Below, one piece after another: positions 16,945 to 23,713 of a stretch of DNA of 24,325 nucleotides (position 1 is its first letter; the number at the start of each line of letters is the position of its first letter). The notes under the pieces are model-generated. The model was not told the DNA's origin, did no database searches, and saw only the letters and a program-made list of their open reading frames with translations. The stretch covers positions 1-24,325 of the IMG/VR virus record IMGVR_UViG_3300031787_000812; one strand, given 5' to 3'. Position numbers and translations under genes: made by a program. This DNA comes from a virus (taxonomy: Duplodnaviria > Caudoviricetes).

Positions 16945-17039
16945 CACCCCTGCTCCTTGGTTATTACGAGGAACACGATGAACGCGATGAAGCCAGCGCA
17001 TCCACCGACGAGAACTGCCAGTGCCATATCTGTCTGCAT
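16941..17039 (-). CDS. Single-pass membrane microprotein (32 aa), absent from the ORF track
   Basis: MQTDMALAVLVGGCAGFIAFIVFLVITKEQGW; exactly fills the gap; stop overlaps the next start. Confidence 0.6.
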   Translation of the reverse strand: MQTDMALAVLVGGCAGFIAFIVFLVITKEQGW

Positions 17040-17041
17040 GT

Positions 17042-17419
17042 TTAGTTACCTTTGCTGTTGATGAGTATGTCCACTGCGGAGATGGCCCGCAGATATTCAG
17101 TCTTGTTCTCCTCGAACTTGGCTACAGCATGGACGATGGTCGTATGGTCCTTGGAGAGGAACCGCCCAATCATGGGATAAGACATATCTAGGCGGTTGCG
17201 GTAGACCACCCAGCAGAAGTGCTGGCGTGGCACCACGATGCGCTGCTCACGGCTCTTGGATTTGAGTTCCTCCTCGGTCACACCGTAGTATAAACATACG
17301 GCACGCAAGCAACGCTTCATCGTGTAGATGGCGCGGTTGTCCCGCGCCATCTCTTGCACCTGTTTGTGAACATCAGGGAAATGGTACATCAGATAATCAG
17401 CCCTCACATACTTAAGCAT
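17042..17419 (-). CDS. Stand-alone DnaA C-terminal (domain IV) DNA-binding protein
   Basis: VCLYYGVTEEELKSKSREQRIVVPRQ...SYPMIGRFLSKDHTTIVHAV matches the DnaA domain IV signature. Start uncertain (17419 preferred, overlapping the upstream stop). Confidence 0.88.
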   Translation of the reverse strand: MLKYVRADYLMYHFPDVHKQVQEMARDNRAIYTMKRCLRAVCLYYGVTEEELKSKSREQRIVVPRQHFCWVVYRNRLDMSYPMIGRFLSKDHTTIVHAVAKFEENKTEYLRAISAVDILINSKGN

Positions 17420-18116
17420 ATTCAAGGAACACCCCGAACTCACTGCGCAAGCGGTTGCGATGTTCGTCAATCGTGCGCTCGAACTCCGCAGCCAGATACT
17501 CGTAGCCCATGCTGCCGTTGGGGTAGCGGCAGAGATAGTTGAACAGTTCGTCTGGATACTGCCCGTCCTTCATCCACTGGGCAAGCTGCGGCAAGCCGTA
17601 CTCATACTCGCCCTTGCTGCGCACACCCAGCTTCAGCCGGGAGAGAACGCCCATGCGGTACTCACGCAGGGTCTTGAGCCATACCTTGCGGGCTTCCTTG
17701 TCGGTGTTCTTGTGCCTGTCAGTGCGGGGGTTGATGCACTGCTGGGTCTCCAGATTGAACTGGATGCCGCCGAAATACTCGGGCAGGTCCTTGAGGTATT
17801 TGTAGTTGACGAGGTAGCCAATGCGGTAGCGGCCCTGCCCGACACGGTAGACGCCAAAGGGGAGAAAGCGGGTCATGGTATAAACAAGGCTGGAGCAGAC
17901 GGTACGCAAGAACGTATCGGTATCAATGGTGAAGGTGATCACGTCATCCTTGGTGATCCGTGCGAAGGTCCGTTCGTGCATGGTGAGGCGGAAGCTGTCG
18001 TCCCTATCTTTGAACAGGCGCACGCCCTTGCCGTGCAGGGGCTTGCCCTGCACGGGGTTTCGCACGGTGGTAAACGCTTCGACGCAGTCGGCGTAGCTGT
18101 GGATATCGTAACCCAT
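17412..18116 (-). CDS. Hypothetical protein
   Basis: 234-aa ORF with phage-like codon usage and AAGGA RBS. Confidence 0.75.
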   Translation of the reverse strand: MGYDIHSYADCVEAFTTVRNPVQGKPLHGKGVRLFKDRDDSFRLTMHERTFARITKDDVITFTIDTDTFLRTVCSSLVYTMTRFLPFGVYRVGQGRYRIGYLVNYKYLKDLPEYFGGIQFNLETQQCINPRTDRHKNTDKEARKVWLKTLREYRMGVLSRLKLGVRSKGEYEYGLPQLAQWMKDGQYPDELFNYLCRYPNGSMGYEYLAAEFERTIDEHRNRLRSEFGVFLEYA

Positions 18117-18128
18117 GGTATGTTTCCT

Positions 18129-18749
18129 TTAGCGGTTGAGGAACTTGCTGAGTGCGATGTCGGTCGCCAACTGCTTGAGATGGGGGTTGAGTTCCATCTC
18201 GGCGCTGGTCAGCTTGTGCTGCGGCACATCGGTCTTGCCTCGCGCCGCTGCTGGTAACAACTCCACCAGAGGAGGGAATGCCTTGATGGCCGGGGGTAGT
18301 GACACATACCGCTTGAGGATTTCGCGCACGGCCTTCTGCCCGTTCTCGCGGATTTCCATGGTGTCATCGATCTGCTTGCGCCACGACAGGATACCGTCCA
18401 CGATCTCCTCGGTCATGGGGGTGCGGTTAACTATGAACCGCCCATAGTCATCAGCGGTCATGTTCTCATTACTGGGGTGCGACATACCAACCAGTCGCCT
18501 ACCGGAGAGCGGGAACCGGAGAACGATCTTGCGATCACCAACCTTGCTGACCTCAATGACATCGCCCTTGGGAAGGAACCCGGCTGGTATGGCTTCCATG
18601 CTGGAAAGATATGGACCGTAAGCGAGTTCGTAGAGCCTGTCGCCAACGACAGGCCTCTGCCTCTCGAACTCCTCGAACCGCTTGCGGTAGAGGTTGGTAA
18701 TCGTCTCGACCACTTGGCCGATCAGCTTGTCGGAAATCCGAACCGTCAT
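18129..18749 (-). CDS. Hypothetical protein, Nmad5-like
   Basis: N-terminal VRISDKL and C-terminal ILKRYVSLPPAIKAFPPLVELLP recall the Nmad5 pattern (T..kl...wP....lP). GAGGA RBS. Confidence 0.5.
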   Translation of the reverse strand: MTVRISDKLIGQVVETITNLYRKRFEEFERQRPVVGDRLYELAYGPYLSSMEAIPAGFLPKGDVIEVSKVGDRKIVLRFPLSGRRLVGMSHPSNENMTADDYGRFIVNRTPMTEEIVDGILSWRKQIDDTMEIRENGQKAVREILKRYVSLPPAIKAFPPLVELLPAAARGKTDVPQHKLTSAEMELNPHLKQLATDIALSKFLNR

Positions 18750-18750
18750 G

Positions 18751-18921
18751 TCAGTTATCCTCTATCTTGAATGAATGTGTATCAACTTGCACGACCTCGG
18801 CTTCGCCTCGGCCAACCCGGCACACCGCATCATGCAGTGCGTAGAGATCGTCTCTCGTCCTGCGCCACTCCCAGTAATAAAACAGGGCTAGGGCGCAGGA
18901 CATCAGTGCGATCACCTCCAT
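18751..18921 (-). CDS. Small membrane-anchored protein (56 aa), absent from the ORF track
   Basis: MEVIALMSCALALFYYWEWRRTRDDLYALHDAVCRVGRGEAEVVQVDTHSFKIEDN; TGATG overlap with the vWA gene stop. Confidence 0.6.
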   Translation of the reverse strand: MEVIALMSCALALFYYWEWRRTRDDLYALHDAVCRVGRGEAEVVQVDTHSFKIEDN

Positions 18922-20036
18922 CACATCTTCACCACTTCACCCCACGGGGCGCTGTCGCTGTAGTTGCTGACCCAGAGTACGGGGTACTCGGGCACAGGGC
19001 CAAAGTCGGAGCAGCACAGATCGGTCAGCACCACGCAAGCGACCGGGTGAATGTCGTTGCTGGTGATGTACTCGAAGATCGGAGAGAAGGCAGTGCCGCC
19101 AGTCTCAGGGGAGGAGAGCTTGCCGACCTCATCGTCGGGCATGAACACCTCGTACTTGCAGACCTCATGGTGGAAGTAAATCACATGCAGCTTCTCCGGT
19201 GCGCCGTCAGTGTGGATGGCGCGAAGCTCGGCGGCGAACTCGTTGAGTTCCTTGTCGCCAATGGAACCGGAGCAGTCGAGTGCAACCACCATCTCGCCAA
19301 GGCGTTCGCCAGTACGAGACGGCAGGTACATACCCTGCGTGAAGAAGCGACGATTGGGACGGGCGAAGGTACGCTCGTCGGTCTTGGCCTTCATCACGAA
19401 GCGGCGCAGCACATCGCGCCAGTCCACCTTGGGTTGGAGGAACTCACCAACGATACGCTGGAGTGCAGCAGACAACTTACCTGCTGCACGAGCGGCCTGT
19501 GCTGCCTGTGCCACGGTGACCTTGAGATCAGCGATCTGCTGTTCCTGATCAGTGGCGCTGCCGTCAGCCTCTTGGATATCCTGACCGATACCACCATCGT
19601 TGGGGCCACCGTTGAAGTCGCCGCCTTCGCCATCCTCAAGGATGTTATAGATACCGTCAGTGCTGCCGTTGCCAGCATCGTAGATCGACTTGTTGAGCAG
19701 TCCACCTTCGATGAACTTGCCGATCTTCTCGTCGGTCAGAAGCTGGTTGATGACGTAGTCACCAGCACGGTTCCACTTGCGAATGTCACGCCCGTTGAGG
19801 CGGAACATATGCTCGAACATGGGGTGGAATACCTCGTGCGCAACGAGGAACTTAAGCTGCTCGTCGCACAGGTCCTTGATGAAGTTGGGATTGAACTTGA
19901 CCCACTTGCCATTGGTGCAAGCAGTCGGGATGCTATCATCCAGCATCATGGGCATGTTGAGTGCCAGCGTTCCAATGAACGGCTGTTCGAGGATCAGCGC
20001 GGTACGCGCCTTGGCAAGTCTACGTTCGAGGTTCAT
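18921..20036 (-). CDS. Metallopeptidase-vWA fusion (DUF2201-type)
   Basis: TACTNG, HExxH as AHEVFH, WNRAGDYVIN, acidic Gly-rich linker, vWA MIDAS DCSGS, GGTAF, LTD. Confidence 0.9.
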   Translation of the reverse strand: MNLERRLAKARTALILEQPFIGTLALNMPMMLDDSIPTACTNGKWVKFNPNFIKDLCDEQLKFLVAHEVFHPMFEHMFRLNGRDIRKWNRAGDYVINQLLTDEKIGKFIEGGLLNKSIYDAGNGSTDGIYNILEDGEGGDFNGGPNDGGIGQDIQEADGSATDQEQQIADLKVTVAQAAQAARAAGKLSAALQRIVGEFLQPKVDWRDVLRRFVMKAKTDERTFARPNRRFFTQGMYLPSRTGERLGEMVVALDCSGSIGDKELNEFAAELRAIHTDGAPEKLHVIYFHHEVCKYEVFMPDDEVGKLSSPETGGTAFSPIFEYITSNDIHPVACVVLTDLCCSDFGPVPEYPVLWVSNYSDSAPWGEVVKM

Positions 20037-20057
20037 GGTGTAAATATCCTTTGTGTT

Positions 20058-20115
20058 GTCGAGGGCTGGGATTGTCGCACGGCGGGCCGTGCAGGTCGAT
20101 GCGACAGATCGTCGC
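20058..20115 (-). promoter_or_regulatory. Repeated promoter element, copy A
   Basis: Minus strand: GCGACGATCTGTCGC-a-TCGACC-17 nt-GACAAT. 46/58 identical without gaps to 22735-22792. Confidence 0.7.
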
Positions 20116-20123
20116 GGGGTCCG

Positions 20124-20369
20124 TCAATTTGTGATAACTTCCTCCACCACCACGGTCTGATTGCGGTAGCAGTCTTCGATCAAGTCGATGATATCATTCA
20201 TCAGCCCGTCAGCGTTCTTGCCACGCCTGTCTGCCACCATGAAAGCCAGCAGTGCTATAGCTTTGGCGAAGGCGAGGATGACCTCGGCGTCCGTAGCATT
20301 GTCCGGTGGCAGCGAAAGAAGTTCCGGCACCAGCTTGTGGACGAGGTCCATGTCTGGACTATTGCTCAT
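20124..20369 (-). CDS. Hypothetical protein (81 aa, acidic, helical)
   Basis: AGGAG RBS; overlaps the upstream gene. Confidence 0.65.
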   Translation of the reverse strand: MSNSPDMDLVHKLVPELLSLPPDNATDAEVILAFAKAIALLAFMVADRRGKNADGLMNDIIDLIEDCYRNQTVVVEEVITN

Positions 20370-20559
20370 TGTATGCTCCTGTCAGTTTCTTGTGAACATA
20401 TTCTCGGTAAGCCTGCCAGTATAGCATCAGTTCTTGCTCATGGCACTGGTAGTAAGGAACGTCACGCAGCATAGGCGTCTCGACGCCCAGCAGCATGACC
20501 TTGGCGAAGATCAGCTTGGCCTCTTCCTTGCCGGGATAATCGAGTGGGATTTCGATCAC
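20359..20559 (-). CDS. Hypothetical protein, paralog of 20556-20786
   Basis: MIEIPLDYPGKEEAKLIFAKVMLLGVETP; GTGA overlap. Confidence 0.65.
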   Translation of the reverse strand: MIEIPLDYPGKEEAKLIFAKVMLLGVETPMLRDVPYYQCHEQELMLYWQAYREYVHKKLTGAYNEQ

Positions 20560-20786
20560 TTCATGGCCCTCAGTCGCTTGGTGACCTCCAGCCGGAACCG
20601 CTCCCAGCGTTCCTTCTTCTCGCGCCGGGAGAGTTGGTCATAGGGTTTGATCTCTGCCCAGTGCATACCGTCCTTATCTGTCATAGTGACAGCGTGCCGG
20701 GGTATGTCGATACCCAACAGGCGAAGGGTTGCGAGGATCACTCGCAACCGCTCCATACCCGGCCACTTTTTCGGCAGTTCGATCAC
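20556..20786 (-). CDS. Hypothetical protein, paralog of 20359-20559
   Basis: MIELPKKWPGMERLRVILATLRLLGIDIP; GTGA overlap. Confidence 0.65.
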   Translation of the reverse strand: MIELPKKWPGMERLRVILATLRLLGIDIPRHAVTMTDKDGMHWAEIKPYDQLSRREKKERWERFRLEVTKRLRAMK

Positions 20787-21643
20787 AGACCACCCATGAA
20801 CGCCGCCATCTTGTCCATGATGGCCTTGGCCTCATCGATCTTGGTGGCGCGGAGCTTATCGTTACCGACAACGGCGTCCTTGTTGAGGTTCGCCAGCTTC
20901 TGCTCGACCTCATGGCGCATGGCTTCGAGGTTGGGGTCATCCGCGAAGTTGAGGCGCGGCAGCAGTTCGCACAGGTCCTTGACGTGTTCGATGCTGCTCT
21001 CATGGAAACGTGACTTGGGATCGTCTACCTTAACCATCTTATCCACAAGATGTTCCACCTTGTCGTAGAGCCGCTGCCATACATCCTTCATTGCGGAAGC
21101 ACTGGCGTCCTGCACACGGCGCTCCACGTCCTGCTGAATACGCGCCAGTTCCTCGCCGCCAAGCTGAACCCGGAAATCGTTGGACGGTACGGGGAACACA
21201 GCCATATCCATCCTGAACTTGGCCGCGATCTGGCTCTCGTGGGGGTAGTCCTCCTCACGGTACAGCGAACCAAGGAACCGCTTGGAGTCGGCCTTCAGCG
21301 TGGGGAAGTTGGCGACGAACAGGTTCTTGAGCGTCTCCCACTCGGCCTTCTCCTTGCGGAACTCGTTGATGAAGTTCAGGTAGTTGGCAGTGGGCAGCAA
21401 CTGGGTGCCTTCGATGCCCCATGCCAGCGTGTTCTCGTAGAACTTGTTGCGGATATAGCCCGCCTTCTGATGCACCATGGCGAGGTAGTCATTCGCCGGG
21501 AGCAGGGACTTGTGATAGCGGCCAACGGATGCGTTGACGCCATGAGCATGGGCCACCTCCTGTGTGGCCTTCTTGTCATGCTTTCGAGCGGTCCACTGGG
21601 AGATGGACAACTGGACGAGGAGAGCGCGGTCGGAGAGTTGCAT
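20783..21643 (-). CDS. Conserved helical phage protein, DUF3150-like
   Basis: Start ATG 21643 (AAGGA RBS). LSDRALLVQLSISQWTARKHDK...GRYHKSLL...TLAWG...LLP...YP pattern of proteins that accompany phage MoxR/vWA genes. Confidence 0.6.
   Translation of the reverse strand: MQLSDRALLVQLSISQWTARKHDKKATQEVAHAHGVNASVGRYHKSLLPANDYLAMVHQKAGYIRNKFYENTLAWGIEGTQLLPTANYLNFINEFRKEKAEWETLKNLFVANFPTLKADSKRFLGSLYREEDYPHESQIAAKFRMDMAVFPVPSNDFRVQLGGEELARIQQDVERRVQDASASAMKDVWQRLYDKVEHLVDKMVKVDDPKSRFHESSIEHVKDLCELLPRLNFADDPNLEAMRHEVEQKLANLNKDAVVGNDKLRATKIDEAKAIMDKMAAFMGGL
21039..21047 (+). promoter_or_regulatory. Perfect DnaA box (TTATCCACA) inside a CDS
   Basis: Exact 9-mer match; coincides with Leu-Val-Asp-Lys codons, so it may be incidental. 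Confidence 0.25.
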
Positions 21644-21668
21644 GAGATATGTTCCTTGTAGAAGGTTA

Positions 21669-21692
21669 GGGGGAGACACCATTGTCTCCCCC
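21669..21692. other. Intergenic hairpin between the ATPase gene and the next gene
   Basis: GGGGGAGACA-CCAT-TGTCTCCCCC, a perfect 10-bp stem; only a weak pyrimidine tail (TAACCTTCT) on the minus strand. Confidence 0.6.
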
Positions 21693-21701
21693 GTACAGAG
21701 A

Positions 21702-22700
21702 TCAGAACATCACATCGTGATGCTTGACAACCCAGTTGCTGAGCGCAGCCGTGTTGTGCAGTTCCTTGTCGCGCCGCAGCGCCATGCTGACCATGAGGAC
21801 GGAGAACTCAGGGGGCATACGCTCAGCGTACTGGCACACCCGCTCAAAGTTGCCGACACTGGCACGCTGGGCGATGGAACCAGCGAGAGCGTACAGCGTG
21901 GCCGGGTCATTGGGCACGTCAGCCGTCTTGGGGTTCATCAGCACCACGTCAGGGTTGGGCAGCTTACGGGCGATCTTGAGGAAGGCCGTGAACTCCGTGG
22001 CAGGACCCTCGCCAACAGCGCCCATGAACACCTCGCGCTCGGCCTCCTTGGGCACCACGTCAAGGGCCGGGGAGACACGCTCAGCCCAACCACGGGGTGA
22101 GGCGTTCTTGGTACGCTGCGGATCGAAATCGTGCAGCAGTGCCGTCTTGAAGTTGATGAAGCTGATCACCTCGGGACGAACGCCGTTCTCGCTGGCCCAT
22201 GCGGTCCAGTCCGTGTGGTGGGTGTCAAGGGTGAACTCGTACTCACGGTCAGCAAGGTGGCTCAGCACACGGTTGGCACCAGCACGGTCCTCCTGACGGT
22301 TACCCGTCGAGAGGATGAACCAGTTGTCAGCGAGGGGAACACCGTGAAGCTCACGCTCCTGAACGAGGTTGGCGAGAGCCTTCTGGAGATCGTTGCCAGC
22401 CTGATTGCGGTCATCGAAGCACAGGATACCCGGCACATCGTTGTCGTGCTTGGACCCCTTGGCCGGGAACCAGTCGGGCAGCTTGTAGTACAGCATCGGC
22501 TTGTCAACCATCGGCACACCAAGGTCCTCGACGGGCATGGTGGGCAGGTGACGCTGGAGGTACTGGTAGTTGAGCTTCTTGGCGACCTGCTTGATGATGG
22601 AGGTCTTACCGCCACCGGGAATACCGACGACGACAGCGGAGGACTTAACCTCCGACTGGATGAGGGAGCAGAGGGTGTCGATCAGAAGAGGAGCACGCAT
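21702..22700 (-). CDS. MoxR-like AAA+ ATPase
   Basis: Start ATG 22700 (AAGGA RBS). Walker A GIPGGGKT, Walker B ILCFDDRNQA, sensor I STGNR, LADR arginine finger, sensor II SPRGW. Confidence 0.88.
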   Translation of the reverse strand: MRAPLLIDTLCSLIQSEVKSSAVVVGIPGGGKTSIIKQVAKKLNYQYLQRHLPTMPVEDLGVPMVDKPMLYYKLPDWFPAKGSKHDNDVPGILCFDDRNQAGNDLQKALANLVQERELHGVPLADNWFILSTGNRQEDRAGANRVLSHLADREYEFTLDTHHTDWTAWASENGVRPEVISFINFKTALLHDFDPQRTKNASPRGWAERVSPALDVVPKEAEREVFMGAVGEGPATEFTAFLKIARKLPNPDVVLMNPKTADVPNDPATLYALAGSIAQRASVGNFERVCQYAERMPPEFSVLMVSMALRRDKELHNTAALSNWVVKHHDVMF

Positions 22701-22734
22701 TGGTGTATATATCCTTGTTGCAGTGATTGGGTTG

Positions 22735-22792
22735 GTCGAGGGCCGGGAGTGTCGCACGGCCAGCCGGGGCGGTCGATGCGGCACGGTGTCGC
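22735..22792 (-). promoter_or_regulatory. Repeated promoter element, copy B
   Basis: Minus strand: GCGACACCGTGCCGC-a-TCGACC-17 nt-GACACT. The + strand at 22778-22792 reads GCGGC-ACGGT-GTCGC. Confidence 0.7.
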
Positions 22793-22800
22793 AGGGGGCC

Positions 22801-22826
22801 GCTGCCCCTGATATATCAGGGGCAGC
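22801..22826. repeat. 26-bp perfect palindrome
   Basis: GCTGCCCCTGATA|TATCAGGGGCAGC equals its own reverse complement. Confidence 0.9.
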
Positions 22827-22853
22827 AGAACTCGTTGAATGAGTACTCGAAGG

Positions 22854-23084
22854 CTACAAAACCATCTTCTTGACAGCGATGGCCGTCAGTATCTGAGGCT
22901 TCAGCGCCTTGAGTTCAGCGGGTGATACACGGGGGTCGGTAAGACCATCGGCTTTGAACGACGAGGTCAGCCTGCCAGTGGCATAGCCGTAAAGCAGCAC
23001 GACCCTGCGCCCACTCCTATGGGCAATGACCTCCGCATACTTTGGCTTGAGATTCACCCTATGGATGACCCAGTCGTCCATCAC
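22854..23084 (-). CDS. Hypothetical early protein
   Basis: 76-aa ORF overlapping the upstream stop. Confidence 0.65.
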   Translation of the reverse strand: MMDDWVIHRVNLKPKYAEVIAHRSGRRVVLLYGYATGRLTSSFKADGLTDPRVSPAELKALKPQILTAIAVKKMVL

Positions 23085-23320
23085 GTCACCATCTTGGCGA
23101 GGGTGGGCTTGTTGAAGCTCGGCACATAGAGCCTTTTCTTATACCCAAGCCCCACGTTGATGGCCTTGTAGTACAACACCGCCTGATGGATGTTCCCCAT
23201 GAAGCGATAGCGAGTGCGGTACGCACTGCGGTTCTTGCCCACCTGCACCAAGAACTCGGTCTGGTTGGTGTAGGCAATGCGCTTGCCGTCGAGGGTGACG
23301 TATTTGATTTCGATATCCAT
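23081..23320 (-). CDS. Hypothetical basic, Tyr-rich early protein
   Basis: 79 aa; GAGG RBS. Confidence 0.7.
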   Translation of the reverse strand: MDIEIKYVTLDGKRIAYTNQTEFLVQVGKNRSAYRTRYRFMGNIHQAVLYYKAINVGLGYKKRLYVPSFNKPTLAKMVT

Positions 23321-23323
23321 GAT

Positions 23324-23641
23324 TTATTTCCTCTTACCGTTCTTGGCGCGATACTCGGCCAGCTTCACCGGGAACTCACTGACAAGGCCCATGAACACAT
23401 GGGCTTCATCCTGATGCCTTGACATCCAATTATAGACCTCGGCATCCGCGATGATCTCAGGTTCACCACGGATTGCGCTCTTGAGCGTCAGGATAGCCAA
23501 GGGGAAATCGTTCTCGCTGTTCGCCAGAACTCCCCGAACGAACGCAACTCGTTCGAGAAACCTTACGGTCTTGTCGTGCTTGGCCTGTGCATGTTCGAGG
23601 TCACGCTTCGCATCAGCCATACGCTTTACGATATCATCCAT
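23324..23641 (-). CDS. Hypothetical early protein
   Basis: 105 aa; GGAG RBS. Confidence 0.7.
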   Translation of the reverse strand: MDDIVKRMADAKRDLEHAQAKHDKTVRFLERVAFVRGVLANSENDFPLAILTLKSAIRGEPEIIADAEVYNWMSRHQDEAHVFMGLVSEFPVKLAEYRAKNGKRK

Positions 23642-23672
23642 TTGTTATCTCCATTGGGCGGGCTTGCCCCCA

Positions 23673-23701
23673 CTACGCAGCCAGTTGCGCTGACTGCGTA
23701 G
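23673..23701 (-). other. Intergenic RNA hairpin
   Basis: Minus strand CTACGCAGTCAG-CGCAA-CTGGCTGCGTAG, a 12-bp stem whose single imperfection is a U-G wobble only on the minus strand. Confidence 0.6.
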
Positions 23702-23713
23702 GAAAGGTTTCCC

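Noticed and set aside
18771-20474. 567-aa + strand ORF
   Set aside because: Antisense shadow of the peptidase-vWA gene and its neighbours. No motifs; long antisense frames are expected with GC-rich codon bias.
21702-22784. Longest-ORF starts from the track (22784, 21682, 17001, 16649, 15663, 14183, 12348, 12115, 11897, 24282)
   Set aside because: Downstream starts have better RBSs and/or stop-start overlaps; the extensions run through promoters, hairpins or neighbouring genes.
20058-22792. Repeats A and B as att sites or ends of a mobile element
   Set aside because: Only about 79% identical, with conservation concentrated on promoter-like boxes, and no recombinase or transposase between them.
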